Shown here: in pieces, positions 1-10,388 of the stretch
How positions within the stretch are numbered: position 1 is the first letter of the stretch
How the letters are laid out: each line of letters begins with the position of its first letter
Assembly: GCA_023248155.1 (NCBI GenBank)
Contig: JAHFFE010000003.1
Coordinates: 80,042-144,041, forward strand
Direction: 5' to 3'
From: Candidatus Omnitrophota bacterium
GTDB lineage: Bacteria; Omnitrophota; Gorgyraeia; 1-14-0-20-64-10
Length of the DNA stretch: 64,000 bases
Made by a program: the position numbers and the translations under genes
Notes under the pieces: model-generated
Seen by the model: the letters and a program-made list of their open reading frames with translations, nothing else
The model's database searches: none
Told to the model about the DNA's origin: nothing

Positions 1-1
1 A

Positions 2-406
2 TTGGATAAAGGCGAGATTGACCGGATGGTCCGTGAAGCCGAGCAGTTTGCCAGCTCCGATGTGAAGCGCAAGGAAGAAGTTGAGATGAAGAACCAGGCC
101 GATACGCTGGTCTATTCGACCGAGCGCTCGCTGAAAGATTACGGCGACAAGATTTCCGCTGAAGACAAGGCGCAGATCGAAGAAAAAACAAAAGCGCTGA
201 AAGAACTGCTCAAGGGCGATGATGTCGCGGCGATTAAAAAGGGAATGGATGAGTTGATGTCCGTTTCTCATAAATTGGCGGAAGCCGTTTATAAATCGTC
301 GGCGGAGAAACCGGGTGAAGGCGGAAACGCCGCCGGCGGAGCTGAACCTGAAGCCAAGAGCAAGGATGAAGTGATCGACGCCGAGTTCAAGTCGGAGAAT
401 AAGTAA
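2..406 (+). CDS. dnaK: Molecular chaperone DnaK, C-terminal fragment (5' end outside window)
   Basis: Translation ends in an acidic, GGxP-rich tail (…EVIDAEFKSENK) typical of Hsp70 lid/C-terminus. It lies immediately upstream of dnaJ. The ORF runs off the window start. Confidence 0.85.
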   Translation: MDKGEIDRMVREAEQFASSDVKRKEEVEMKNQADTLVYSTERSLKDYGDKISAEDKAQIEEKTKALKELLKGDDVAAIKKGMDELMSVSHKLAEAVYKSSAEKPGEGGNAAGGAEPEAKSKDEVIDAEFKSENK

Positions 407-409
407 GCA

Positions 410-1573
410 TTGCCTGCGTCGAAAAAAGATTACTACGAAGCATTGGGAGTTGGCCGGAACGCCTCGGAAGATGAAATAAAACAGGCGTTCCGGCGCCTTG
501 CTGTCAAGCACCACCCGGACCGAAACCCCGATAACAAGAAAGCATCCGAGGAGAAGTTCAAGGAAATCTCCGAGGCGTACGAGGTCTTAAGCGACGCCAA
601 GAAAAAATCGGCGTATGACCAGTATGGGCATGAAGGTGTCGGGTTCGGGCATCCGGGCGGATTCCAGTGGCAGGACTTCACGCATGCCCAGGATTTGAAT
701 GATATCTTTGGCGGCGGAGGACTCGAAGATCTTTTCGCCTCGATGGGGCTGGGCGATATCATGGGCGGCGCGCGCGGGGGCGGGCGGCGAGGATCTGGCG
801 CCGGAGCCAATCTGGAATACTCGCTGACACTCGAATTGGCCGAGGCGGCGGTTGGAAAAGAAGTTCCGGTCACATTCCACCGCAAAGAGGAATGTACTGC
901 CTGTAAAGGTCAGGGAACAAAAAGCGGTTCGGGCCGCACGACCTGTTCTGATTGTAAGGGGCAGGGACAAGTACGAATCTCGCAGGGCATTTTCGTGATG
1001 GCGTCGACCTGCCCGCGCTGTCACGGGGAAGGTTCCATCATTAAAGATCCGTGCGCATCCTGCCGCGGACAAGGCCGCGTATCGGCCGAGCGAAAAGTAA
1101 CCGTGAAAGTACCCGCCGGAATTGATTCCGGCATGCGGTTAAAACTGGCCGGTGAAGGAGAGGCCGGCGTTCGCGGAGCGCCTCGCGGCGATCTGTTTGT
1201 GCTGATCCGCGTGAAAGAGCACCCATTTTTTCATAGAGACGGACAGAGTATTATTTGCGAAATTCCGATCAGCATGACGCAGGCTTCACTCGGCTGCGAA
1301 CTTTCAGTCCCCACATTGTCGGGGCCGGTCACGATGAAAATTCCGGCCGGCACACAGCCGGGCCAGGTGCTGCGTCTGCGCGGGCGCGGGATGCCTTCGG
1401 TGCATGGCGGCGGCAAGGGCGATCAGCTGCTGCAGATCCGCGTCGAGATCCCCTCGAAACTGTCGTCTGCGCAAAAGCAACTGCTTGAACAATTTTCCAA
1501 GGAAGGCGATAATACTTCTTTTCCCGGTATTCATAAATTCTGGGACCAAGCCAAACGATGGATGGGTCATTAA
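410..1573 (+). CDS. dnaJ: Molecular chaperone DnaJ (J-domain, G/F-rich region, four CxxCxGxG zinc-finger repeats)
   Basis: Has the [10 protein letters not shown]-domain with HPD motif, and a Gly/Phe-rich linker. The repeats [32 protein letters not shown] are present. The start is TTG at 410, 4 nt after the dnaK stop. Confidence 0.95.
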   Translation: MPASKKDYYEALGVGRNASEDEIKQAFRRLAVKHHPDRNPDNKKASEEKFKEISEAYEVLSDAKKKSAYDQYGHEGVGFGHPGGFQWQDFTHAQDLNDIFGGGGLEDLFASMGLGDIMGGARGGGRRGSGAGANLEYSLTLELAEAAVGKEVPVTFHRKEECTACKGQGTKSGSGRTTCSDCKGQGQVRISQGIFVMASTCPRCHGEGSIIKDPCASCRGQGRVSAERKVTVKVPAGIDSGMRLKLAGEGEAGVRGAPRGDLFVLIRVKEHPFFHRDGQSIICEIPISMTQASLGCELSVPTLSGPVTMKIPAGTQPGQVLRLRGRGMPSVHGGGKGDQLLQIRVEIPSKLSSAQKQLLEQFSKEGDNTSFPGIHKFWDQAKRWMGH

Positions 1574-1809
1574 TGCCTACTTACGAATACGAATGCAAAG
1601 CATGCAAGAACCGGTTCGACCTGGTACAGCCGATTACGTCCAAGCCGTCGGCGAAATGTCCCAAGTGCGGCAAAGCGTCGAAGCGATTAATTTCCGCCGG
1701 CGCGGGGCTGCTATTCAAGGGATCCGGTTTCTACATCACCGATAATCGCTCCTCCAGCTACAAAGCGAAAGCCAGCTCCGAATCGGCCAAGCCCAAACCT
1801 AAAGCATAA
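1573..1809 (+). CDS. FmdB-family zinc-ribbon putative regulatory protein
   Basis: [16 protein letters not shown]…CPKCG is a classic FmdB CxxC…CxxC zinc ribbon. The ATG overlaps the dnaJ stop (TAATG). Confidence 0.7.
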   Translation: MPTYEYECKACKNRFDLVQPITSKPSAKCPKCGKASKRLISAGAGLLFKGSGFYITDNRSSSYKAKASSESAKPKPKA

Positions 1810-3065
1810 TGCCGTTCATCAAGCCGTTCCGGGGTCTCCGGTATAATTTGAAAAAAGTTGGATCGATTAATTCGGTCGCAACGCCGCCCTACGACATCAT
1901 CTCTCCCGAACAGCAGCGCGCTTTTTACGCCAAACATCCAAACAATTTTATCCGCGTGGTTTACGGCAAGCCGCTTCCCGGCGATAACGATTCTTCGAAC
2001 ATTTATTCGCGCGCCAAGAAAACATTGGATGCCTGGGTTGCCGGCGGCATTTTATCGGCAGATAAAGAACCAAGTATTTATCCGTATCAGAAGGAATATA
2101 CGATCGGCGGAAAGAAATTTTCGCGGTGGGGAATTGTGACGCTGGTCCGTCTGGACCGGTCGGCCATCTATCCGCATGAAGAAACCCGCACGAAACCAAA
2201 ACAAGACCGGCTGAAACTTCTTGAAACATTGCAGGCATCGCTGAGCCCGTTGTTTGGTTTGATTCCGGACGGCAACCATGCCTACGAGAAACTGATCCGC
2301 GGCTGGGCCGGTAAGAAAAAACCGATGCTGACGGCGCGGCTGGATGGCGTGACGCACCGGGTCTGGGCAGTCAGCAAGCCGGCCGAGATTGCGCGGCTGA
2401 AGAAATTTCTTGCGGCCAAACCGCTGATTATCGCCGATGGACATCACCGCTGCGAAGCGGCGTTCATGTACCGCGACGCAATGAAGGCCAAGCAAAAAAA
2501 ATATTCGGCGGATGATCCGTCTAATTTTGCGATGTTTTATTTGTCAGCGGCCGGAGAAGAAGATCCGGGGCTTCTGCCGACGCACCGTGTTCTGCGCAAA
2601 GCAACGGCGGCCGGGCTAATCCAACTTGAGAAATCTATAACGAAAACTGCGCGGATTACCAAAGTGGCTACCTCGAAAGCGTTGCTGGAACGGCTGCATC
2701 GTTTGCGCGCAAAAGGGAAGGTGGCGGTCGGTTTTTACCGCAAGCGGGCGCCGCACTGGATCCTTGAAAGGAAAGCTGACAAACCCGGACAATTGGATGT
2801 AGAATGGTTGCATAACGATATCCTGATCCCATGGCTGGGATTAGCCGGGGACAAGGAACTCATTACTTTTACCCAGGATCCGCGCGAAGCGGTTGCCTGG
2901 GTAAAAAATAATAGGGCGGCCGCTGTTTTCTTTGTTCAACAGCCCCGCTTGACGGAAGTGTACCGGCGGGCGAAAGCACGGCAGCGGATGCCCCGCAAAA
3001 CAACCTATTTCCACCCGAAACCGCTGGCCGGGCTGGTGGAATATAAATTCGAGTTACCGGAATAA
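1809..3065 (+). CDS. DUF1015-family protein
   Basis: N-terminus MPFIKPFRGLRYN… and the ~420-aa length match the DUF1015 (COG4198) family. The start overlaps the upstream stop. Confidence 0.6.
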   Translation: MPFIKPFRGLRYNLKKVGSINSVATPPYDIISPEQQRAFYAKHPNNFIRVVYGKPLPGDNDSSNIYSRAKKTLDAWVAGGILSADKEPSIYPYQKEYTIGGKKFSRWGIVTLVRLDRSAIYPHEETRTKPKQDRLKLLETLQASLSPLFGLIPDGNHAYEKLIRGWAGKKKPMLTARLDGVTHRVWAVSKPAEIARLKKFLAAKPLIIADGHHRCEAAFMYRDAMKAKQKKYSADDPSNFAMFYLSAAGEEDPGLLPTHRVLRKATAAGLIQLEKSITKTARITKVATSKALLERLHRLRAKGKVAVGFYRKRAPHWILERKADKPGQLDVEWLHNDILIPWLGLAGDKELITFTQDPREAVAWVKNNRAAAVFFVQQPRLTEVYRRAKARQRMPRKTTYFHPKPLAGLVEYKFELPE

Positions 3066-3069
3066 TCCT

Positions 3070-3918
3070 ATGGCATTGTTTGGCAAGCCGAAGTACACGA
3101 TGGTTCAGGTCAAGAAGCGGGACATTCCCGAAGGACTCTGGACCAAGTGCGAAGAATGCGGCGAAATTGTCTACAATAAAGCCCTCGAAGACAACCTCAA
3201 AGTTTGCCCCAAATGCCAGTATCATTTCACGCTGACGGCCCAGGAGCGGATCGATCAGCTGATTGACGCGGGCACCTTCAAAGAACAGGACACCGGACTG
3301 CGCTCGGTTGACCCGCTGAAATTCAAAGGGCCGAAGACCTATGTCGAAAAAATGCAGCTCGACCAGGCGGCGACCGGCATGCATGAAGCGGCCATTTCCG
3401 GCGAAGGAAAACTTGGCGAAAAAACCATCGTCATTACCGTCACCGATTCGCGCTTCATCATGGGCTCGATGGGTTCAGTCGTAGGTGAGAAAATTACACG
3501 GGCGATTGACCGGTCGATCAAACTGCGTGTGCCGCTGGTGATTGTTTCCGGATCGGGCGGCGGCGCGCGCATGTACGAAGGAATGTTTTCGCTGATGCAA
3601 ATGGCGAAAACATCGGTCGCGCTGCAGCGCCACCACGAAGCGGGTCTGCCGTTTATTTCAGTGCTGACCAACCCGACAATGGCCGGCGTCATGGCCAGCT
3701 ACGCGAGTTTGGGCGATATTATTTTAGCCGAACCGAAAGCGCTGCTCGGGTTTACCGGTCCGCGCGTGATTGAGCAGACGATCCGCCAGAGGCTTCCGGA
3801 AGGTTTTCAGAAATCCGAATTTTTGATGGCGCATGGCATGGTGGACCAGGTGGTTCATCGGAAAGATCTTAAAGAGACGATTGGGATGATGCTTGGTTAT
3901 TTTCAGGGGGCTCAATAA
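3070..3918 (+). CDS. accD: Acetyl-CoA carboxylase carboxyltransferase subunit beta
   Basis: Has the N-terminal zinc ribbon CEECGEIVYNK…CPKCQYH followed by a carboxyltransferase fold (GSMGSVVGEKI, SGSGGGARMYEG). Confidence 0.92.
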   Translation: MALFGKPKYTMVQVKKRDIPEGLWTKCEECGEIVYNKALEDNLKVCPKCQYHFTLTAQERIDQLIDAGTFKEQDTGLRSVDPLKFKGPKTYVEKMQLDQAATGMHEAAISGEGKLGEKTIVITVTDSRFIMGSMGSVVGEKITRAIDRSIKLRVPLVIVSGSGGGARMYEGMFSLMQMAKTSVALQRHHEAGLPFISVLTNPTMAGVMASYASLGDIILAEPKALLGFTGPRVIEQTIRQRLPEGFQKSEFLMAHGMVDQVVHRKDLKETIGMMLGYFQGAQ

Positions 3919-3920
3919 GC

Positions 3921-5024
3921 ATGGCACAGGTTCGTCTGGAAGAAGTCTCAAAGGTCTATGACGGCGGCGTCAAAGCGGTTGACCGCGTCAGCATTGATGT
4001 TGATTCAAAAGAATTTATGGTGTTGGTGGGGCCTTCCGGCTGCGGAAAATCAACCACGCTGCGGATGATCGCCGGCCTGGAAGACGCCACCAGCGGAAAA
4101 ATTTTTATCGGCGACCGCCTGGTGAACCATGTGCCTGCGAAAGACCGCGACATCGCGATGGTGTTCCAGAACTACGCGCTTTACCCGCACATGACGGTGT
4201 TTGAGAACATGGCGTTTGGATTGTCGCTGCGCGGATATCCCAAATGGGAAATCGGGAACCGCGTGAAAGAGGCGGCCGACATTCTGGGCATCGCCCGGCT
4301 GCTGAACCGCAAACCGCGCGAACTCTCGGGCGGTGAACGCCAGCGCGTGGCGCTCGGCCGCGCGATCGTGCGCAAGCCGCTGGTCTTTTTGTTCGATGAG
4401 CCGCTTTCAAACCTGGACGCCAAACTGCGCGGGTTCATGCGCACGGAGCTCAATAAACTGCATTTGCGTTTGCAATCGACGATGGTCTATGTCACGCACG
4501 ACCAGATGGAAGCGATGACGCTGGGCAACCGGATTGCCGTGATGAACCAGGGACTCGTTCAGCAGATCGCCGATCCCGCCACGCTTTATGCGAAACCAAC
4601 CAACCGGCTGGTGGCCAGCTTCATTGGTTCGCCGCCGATGAATTTCATTGAAGGCCGCATACTTCGCCGCAACGGGCGGATGTTTTTTGAGGACGCGCTC
4701 TGCAAGGTGAAAGTCGTGGATGAGATGGTGCCGAAGCTGATCCGTTACGACGGAAAGAAAATTACGCTGGGCATCCGCCCCGAAGATATTTACGACAAGC
4801 TGTTTGTTCAGTACGCTCCTCCGGAGAATACCGTGACGGCCACCGTCGAAGTGGTTGAGCCGGTCGGGGCGGAAGTTTATCTGCATCTTCTGGTCGGCGC
4901 GCATCCGGTCACCGCGCGCGTCGGCGGACATGAGCGGCCGCGCGCCGGACAGGACATGGATGTCGTGTTTGACATGGCCAAAGTGCATTTCTTCGATCCC
5001 GAAACGGAAAACGCGGTTCTTTAA
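3921..5024 (+). CDS. ABC transporter ATP-binding protein, MalK/UgpC/MsmX-like (carbohydrate importer ATPase)
   Basis: Walker A GPSGCGKST, signature LSGGERQRVA, Walker B LFDEPLS. Has a C-terminal TOBE/MalK regulatory domain. No cognate permease or SBP genes are adjacent. Confidence 0.85.
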   Translation: MAQVRLEEVSKVYDGGVKAVDRVSIDVDSKEFMVLVGPSGCGKSTTLRMIAGLEDATSGKIFIGDRLVNHVPAKDRDIAMVFQNYALYPHMTVFENMAFGLSLRGYPKWEIGNRVKEAADILGIARLLNRKPRELSGGERQRVALGRAIVRKPLVFLFDEPLSNLDAKLRGFMRTELNKLHLRLQSTMVYVTHDQMEAMTLGNRIAVMNQGLVQQIADPATLYAKPTNRLVASFIGSPPMNFIEGRILRRNGRMFFEDALCKVKVVDEMVPKLIRYDGKKITLGIRPEDIYDKLFVQYAPPENTVTATVEVVEPVGAEVYLHLLVGAHPVTARVGGHERPRAGQDMDVVFDMAKVHFFDPETENAVL

Positions 5025-5029
5025 ACGCC

Positions 5030-6490
5030 TTGACTGCCCCGAACCTTGAAATATCGGGTGCCAGTATTCACGCCACAGCCGCTCAAAAAAAACGGATTCT
5101 TTTTTTTACCGCCGTTATTTTTCTTCTGATTCTTTTTTCTTCCCGCATCGGGCCGTGGGGTCCGCTTCTTCCTAAAGCCGTTTTATTCTGGTCGGCCCAT
5201 CTGTCGCTGCTGCTGTTGTTCATCTCATTTGCCTGGTATGGACCGGTCTGGGGCGTATTAACGCTGCTGGGAACGCTGGCGATTCTGCTGATGGTAGGGT
5301 TGGCCAGCCGCGACTGGTTGATGTTCGCGCTGCCGTTTCAGGCCGCTCTGTTGGGAGCCATTGCCTACTGGGGCGTTGAGCAGCATCGGAAACCATACCA
5401 GGAAACATCGGTGGCTCTGGAGAAGCAGTTGCAGGAAGTCAACAGTTTGCAAAGTGATCTGGCGCATCTGGAAGAATTACACCGGGGATCGGTTCAGCGG
5501 TTGAGCCGCTATCAGCATTTGCGCCGGATTGCCAACGCACTGAACCTGACGCTCGATACGGAAGCGCTTCTGGAAGTCATCGTGCAGTCGAGCAGTGAAC
5601 TGGTCAAAAACGCCGATCATGTGCTGCTCTATTTGGCCGACGACAAGGGGCTGGAGCTGCGTAAAGTCTGGCGGCGCGCCGGAACGCTGACGATTAAAGC
5701 CAAGCGCGGCGATGCGCTGGATCAGTGGGTGATGCGCCACGCACAGCCGCTGCTGGCCGAAGAATTGCGCCACGATTTTCGTTTTCCGGAAATTACGCCG
5801 GAACTGCTGGAACGGCCCTGCGGAGCGGTGCTGGCGGTTCCTCTGGTGAGTGAACACCGTTTTTTGGGCGTGCTGCGGCTGGAATCAGTGCAGGAACGGG
5901 GGCTTTTCTCGGATGACTTGCGGCTGATCCGAATTTTGGGTGACCTGGCGTCATTGAGTATTGAGAATGGCACGCTGTACGAACGGATGGCCCAGCTGGC
6001 GATGACGGATGACCTGACCGGCTTGATGGTTCGCGAGCAGTTCCTGAAGCAGTTCAAGCAGGAAATTCTCAACAGCCAGAAGACCCAAAAACCGTTTGCT
6101 GTCCTGTTGATCGATATGGACCATTTCAAAAGCTACAATGACCGGTTCGGCCACTCGGCCGGCGATAAACTGCTGAAACAGATCGCCCGTATTCTGAATA
6201 ATTTCCGAAGGCCCGGCGACGCGGCCGGCCGCTACGGCGGAGAGGAATTCGTTTCGTTGTTCTGCCAGACCGACCGCGATGAAGCAATCAAGCGGGCAGA
6301 GAACATCCGCGAGCGGATCGCTTCGACGCCGATTGAACTGCGCCGAGAAGTGGCGCAGGTCAGTGTTTCGATCGGCGTTGCGTTTTATCCCGAGGATGGC
6401 ACCGACCCGATGGTGCTGCTCGGGGCGGCGGACAAGCGGCTGTATCAAGCCAAAGCGCAGGGAAGGAATCGCGTATGCCATTCCGGATAA
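5030..6490 (+). CDS. Membrane-anchored GAF-GGDEF diguanylate cyclase
   Basis: N-terminal hydrophobic helices, a coiled-coil, a GAF-like segment and a GGDEF domain. The active site is RYGGEEF and an upstream RxxD I-site (RPGD) is present. The TTG start is uncertain. Confidence 0.8.
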   Translation: MTAPNLEISGASIHATAAQKKRILFFTAVIFLLILFSSRIGPWGPLLPKAVLFWSAHLSLLLLFISFAWYGPVWGVLTLLGTLAILLMVGLASRDWLMFALPFQAALLGAIAYWGVEQHRKPYQETSVALEKQLQEVNSLQSDLAHLEELHRGSVQRLSRYQHLRRIANALNLTLDTEALLEVIVQSSSELVKNADHVLLYLADDKGLELRKVWRRAGTLTIKAKRGDALDQWVMRHAQPLLAEELRHDFRFPEITPELLERPCGAVLAVPLVSEHRFLGVLRLESVQERGLFSDDLRLIRILGDLASLSIENGTLYERMAQLAMTDDLTGLMVREQFLKQFKQEILNSQKTQKPFAVLLIDMDHFKSYNDRFGHSAGDKLLKQIARILNNFRRPGDAAGRYGGEEFVSLFCQTDRDEAIKRAENIRERIASTPIELRREVAQVSVSIGVAFYPEDGTDPMVLLGAADKRLYQAKAQGRNRVCHSG

Positions 6491-7695
6491 CCCGCTACTG
6501 GCTGCTGGTGCTGGTCATCGGGCTTGCGATCAAAACAATTTTTATTCCGGTGCAGTTCATCGGCGTCTGCGTTGACTCGCTGGTGCTGGCCATCGTCATT
6601 ATTGGTTTAATCTATTCGATGAGCCTTGCGCAGTGGCTGGCAGTCGCGATGGCCGGCATTTCTATTTTTCGCGTGATCGAATCGGGGTATCCGGCCTGGA
6701 AACTGGCCGGCCCCTGGACCATCGCTATCGCGCTGATCTTTTTACTGCGCGTAAAAGACCGGCAGATCGCCCTCGTGCTGGATCGCGTCAAAACACAGGA
6801 CCAGGTATCAGTCCGCGAAGCGCTGACTTTCCTGACCGAGCACCGCAAGCAGCTGCGCGCCTCGATTACCGAGAAAGATGAGTTAATTCAGGAAATCAGC
6901 CAATTGTATCAGCTCTCGAAAGAATTTTTGGGAACGCTCGCTCCGGAAGACGCGCTGCGGCTGACGTCCGATTCGCTGGCCCGCCACGTTCCGTCGCTCA
7001 ATGAAACCGACCGGGCCGCCGCTATTGAAAAAATCAGAGCATTGGTGAATCAGGATAAGGTTTCCGTTGAGGCGATTATTCAAATGGTTCCGATGGCCGG
7101 GACCAATTTGCCGGTGCGCGAGCGGTGGGGTATCGTAGCCGGGCAGCTGGCGCTGGGACTGCAGCGCGCTTCCCTTTACCGCCAGGTCCAGGAATCGGCC
7201 ACGCATGACGGGCTCACGAAACTGCTGGTGCGCCGGCACTTTCTGGAACGGCTGACCGAAGAAGTCGGGCGGGCTGCCCGCCGCAGCATGGCGCTTTCGT
7301 TTTTAATGATCGACCTCGACTATTTCAAGCGGATCAACGATACCTACGGACATTTAGTCGGCGATGTAGTTTTGAAGGAAATTGCCGGGTTGATTCACGG
7401 ATCGGTCCGCGAAATGGATTTGGTCGGCCGCTATGGCGGGGAAGAGTTTGCCGTGATCCTGCCGGAAGCCGATCCGGTACTGGCGGTGCAGATTGCCGAC
7501 CGTATCCGATTAATGGTGGAAACCTCCCCGATTCGGGCTTATGATGAAGAGATTCGCGTGACGGTCTCCGTGGGTGTTTCGTCTTATCCGTCGAGCGCTT
7601 CCAGTGTGGAAGAGTTAATTGAGCAGGCGGATCAGGCGATGTACCGTGCCAAAACCGGAGGCCGTAACAAAACCAGCGTGGCATGGGAACCTTAA
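6475..7695 (+). CDS. Membrane-anchored GGDEF diguanylate cyclase (paralog of upstream gene)
   Basis: N-terminal TM helices, a coiled-coil/GAF-like region, a GGDEF domain with RYGGEEF and an REMD I-site. It overlaps the preceding gene by 16 nt. Confidence 0.8.
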   Translation: MPFRITRYWLLVLVIGLAIKTIFIPVQFIGVCVDSLVLAIVIIGLIYSMSLAQWLAVAMAGISIFRVIESGYPAWKLAGPWTIAIALIFLLRVKDRQIALVLDRVKTQDQVSVREALTFLTEHRKQLRASITEKDELIQEISQLYQLSKEFLGTLAPEDALRLTSDSLARHVPSLNETDRAAAIEKIRALVNQDKVSVEAIIQMVPMAGTNLPVRERWGIVAGQLALGLQRASLYRQVQESATHDGLTKLLVRRHFLERLTEEVGRAARRSMALSFLMIDLDYFKRINDTYGHLVGDVVLKEIAGLIHGSVREMDLVGRYGGEEFAVILPEADPVLAVQIADRIRLMVETSPIRAYDEEIRVTVSVGVSSYPSSASSVEELIEQADQAMYRAKTGGRNKTSVAWEP

Positions 7696-9992
7696 ACCTT
7701 AAAACAATCCAATCATTTCTGATGTTGATTCTTTTTCTGGCCAGCCCGATACCGGCGCTGGCGCTTGAAAAAGAACGAGAGCCGGTTATCGTCAAGGCCG
7801 ACCAGGTTGATTACATCGACAGCGCCAAAAAAGTAATCGCGACCGGCCATGTCGAAGCGGTTTACAAAGATATGAAGGTCACCTGCGATGAAGCGACAAT
7901 CTACACGGAAACCAAAGACGCTTATCTGAAAGGCCGCGTCCGCCTGGTACAGATCGACGGCTTGCTCAAGGGCGGAGAGATTTTGTACAACTTTGAAACG
8001 CAAAAGGGAACCATTCTCGACTCCGAGGTGGAAGCCGGGCCCTGGCGCGCGTCCGGCGCCCGCGCAGAAAAAATTTCGAGCGACAGCGTTTTAAATCAGG
8101 ACGGTTACCTGACCAGCTGCGATTTTGAAGATCCGCATACGAAGGTCCGCGCCAAAACAATCCAGGTTTATCTGGGCGACAAGGTTGTTTTAAAGAACGC
8201 GGTGATCTATGTGGGGCATATGCCGCTAATCTATCTGCCGTCCTACACGCATCTGCTCGATGACAAGCGTCCGCGCGTAACGATTACCCCCGGAAATAAA
8301 AAGGACTGGGGCCTGTTCCTGCTGACCTCGTGGCGAATCTACTTTAATGAAAATCTGCAGGGCCGGCTGCACATCGACTACCGCGAACGGCGCGACCTGG
8401 CGACCGGACTGGATTTAAAATACCGGCTGCCGGTCGGCGGCAAAGGCGTTTTTCGCGAATATTACATGAATGAACGGCTTTTTTCGCAGAGCCACCAGTG
8501 GGATCGGCTGATTGATCCTGATAAAAGCAAGCCGACGACGGAAAAAGAACGGTTTCGCGTGCAGGTGCGCCACGTCTGGGATCTCGACGATTTTACGAAA
8601 GCAACGGTGGAATACAACCGCGCGAAAGACCCCACCTTCATTCATGATTATTTTGAGCAGGAATACGATGAAAATACCGCTTCACCGCTGAGTTATTTTC
8701 AGGTCATCCGGACTTCAACCTGGTACGGACTCACTTTTTTAATGAACAAACGAACGAACCGGTTCGATTCGGTGACCGAACAGCTGCCGTTTGTCCGCCT
8801 GGACTTGAGGCCGCTGAAGCTGGACTGGCTGCCGACACTCGACTGGTTTAAACCGTTTCGGCCGGGAATGAGTTCCGGCTACAAGAATCCATCCGGCTGG
8901 TTCTACCAGTCGGCCTACAGCTTCGAGCGGTCAAATGCGGCAAAACCGCTGCTGGGGACCGAGGCGGGGCTGACCACGCTGGACACCACGCAGGAACTGT
9001 TCTACCCGATGCGCGTTTTTAAGAGTGTGAATCTGCGCCCGTTTTTCCAGTTCCGGGAAACCGCGTTTTCTCAGACGCTCAATGACACCGGCGCGAAGAC
9101 GCGGCAGGCGTTCACCAGCGGTTTTGATATGAATACGAAATTCTTCCGCGTTTTTCCATGGGATATTACCGGATACGGCCTCGATATTCACCGCATACGG
9201 CATGTGCTGACGCCGAATTTGCGTTATGAGTACCGGTCCAACCCGACGATCACGCCGAACGAACTGATCCGGTCGGATGGATTCGGAAAAAGCAACATTG
9301 TTACGCCGGGCCTGGAACAAAAACTTCAGACGAAACGGCAGGTCGGTACTCGCAGCAGTACCGTTGATCTGGCGCGGCTGCTGACCTCGATGCCGTTTGA
9401 CATCGAAGGGTTGAACGGCAGCGGATCGGAATGGGATCCTCTGCGTATTGACCTGGAAACGCTGCCGTATCCCTGGCTTCGTTTTGAGACCGATGCCGAT
9501 CTTGACCCGCACATTGGGCAGTGGACCGCCATCAATTTTGATATCGTCGCCCATCCGGTTTTTGAAAATGCATGGAAGGGAACTACCATCGGAGAAACAG
9601 TGAATCAAGAAACCGGCGAAATCAAAGAATTCCCATGGTCGGTGGGCGCTGGATGGCGCTATCAGCGCGAGATCAGCACGCAGCTGACGCTGGAAACCGC
9701 TTTTGACCTAAACAAGAAATGGCGCATCGGCATCTATAATATTTTTGATTTGAAGCGGTTTGAAACCGAGACGCGGGACGGTTCCAACCGCCTCGTCAAG
9801 CAAGTTAACAACTTTTCGGAGATTGAATACCGCCTCCGGCGCGATCTGCACGAATGGTGGGCCGAGCTGGTCTACAGCCACCGCCGCCAGGGCGGCGACA
9901 GCTTCTTGTTATTGTTCCGCTTAAAAGATGCGCCCGAACTTCCGTTCTCGCTTCAGCGCAGCTACCACCAGCCCAAAACACGCCGGAATTAA
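7683..9992 (+). CDS. lptD: LPS-assembly outer membrane protein LptD (OstA)
   Basis: Signal peptide, an OstA-like N-terminal domain (VIVKADQVDYIDSAKKVIATGHVEAVYKDMKVTCDEATIY…) and a long C-terminal beta-barrel region. 769 aa. Confidence 0.85.
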   Translation: MGTLNLKTIQSFLMLILFLASPIPALALEKEREPVIVKADQVDYIDSAKKVIATGHVEAVYKDMKVTCDEATIYTETKDAYLKGRVRLVQIDGLLKGGEILYNFETQKGTILDSEVEAGPWRASGARAEKISSDSVLNQDGYLTSCDFEDPHTKVRAKTIQVYLGDKVVLKNAVIYVGHMPLIYLPSYTHLLDDKRPRVTITPGNKKDWGLFLLTSWRIYFNENLQGRLHIDYRERRDLATGLDLKYRLPVGGKGVFREYYMNERLFSQSHQWDRLIDPDKSKPTTEKERFRVQVRHVWDLDDFTKATVEYNRAKDPTFIHDYFEQEYDENTASPLSYFQVIRTSTWYGLTFLMNKRTNRFDSVTEQLPFVRLDLRPLKLDWLPTLDWFKPFRPGMSSGYKNPSGWFYQSAYSFERSNAAKPLLGTEAGLTTLDTTQELFYPMRVFKSVNLRPFFQFRETAFSQTLNDTGAKTRQAFTSGFDMNTKFFRVFPWDITGYGLDIHRIRHVLTPNLRYEYRSNPTITPNELIRSDGFGKSNIVTPGLEQKLQTKRQVGTRSSTVDLARLLTSMPFDIEGLNGSGSEWDPLRIDLETLPYPWLRFETDADLDPHIGQWTAINFDIVAHPVFENAWKGTTIGETVNQETGEIKEFPWSVGAGWRYQREISTQLTLETAFDLNKKWRIGIYNIFDLKRFETETRDGSNRLVKQVNNFSEIEYRLRRDLHEWWAELVYSHRRQGGDSFLLLFRLKDAPELPFSLQRSYHQPKTRRN

Positions 9993-10001
9993 GCCTCCCA
10001 A

Positions 10002-10009
10002 AGCCCCCT
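10002..10009. repeat. Left copy of 8-bp direct repeat AGCCCCCT (putative target-site duplication)
   Basis: An identical 8-mer lies at 12768-12775, immediately outside the terminal inverted repeats of the AT-rich insertion. Confidence 0.6.
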
Positions 10010-10036
10010 GGTAGTGGGTCAGTTTGAATCAACAAG
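10010..10036 (+). repeat. Left terminal inverted repeat (IRL) of the element
   Basis: See the alignment in the mobile_element entry. Confidence 0.65.
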
Positions 10037-10139
10037 AACTATCAAACTACATCAAATTATAGCAAGATATGGCCAATTGGTATAAAAAGTAGTACAAAGT
10101 GCCATAGCAGATGCTATACTTACTCTGTGGGCTTCTACA

Positions 10140-10388
10140 ATGTCAATTAAAACCATCGAATCTCAAGTAAAACACCAATCTATACTTTTGGCAAAAGAAC
10201 TGCCAAACCTCATTGCTTCTTCTTTGATGGTTGGCAAGTTTATTGCTTTCTTTAATGGTCAAACAGTCATTAAAGACACTCACGAAGAATGTTTTAAAGA
10301 AGCTGAAAAGTATTTCGGAAGCAGTGGCTTTGTTATTTCCGAAGTTACAGTGAAGAAGCTAATGGTTTCTTCGCTTGTAAAGTTTTAA
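10140..10388 (+). CDS. Small hypothetical protein (82 aa), possibly DUF5678-like, translationally coupled to the downstream protease
   Basis: The stop TAA is directly followed by the ATG of the next ORF. The segment VGKFIAFFNGQTVIKDTHEECFKEAEKYFG resembles, from memory, small partner proteins found next to clan-AA proteases. Not verifiable here. Confidence 0.4.
   Translation: MSIKTIESQVKHQSILLAKELPNLIASSLMVGKFIAFFNGQTVIKDTHEECFKEAEKYFGSSGFVISEVTVKKLMVSSLVKF

Noticed and set aside
1255-1745. Several 60-110-aa ORFs in alternative frames within dnaJ and the FmdB gene
   Set aside because: They overlap a confidently identified dnaJ reading frame and are Arg/Ala-rich, as is typical of GC-rich off-frame translation.
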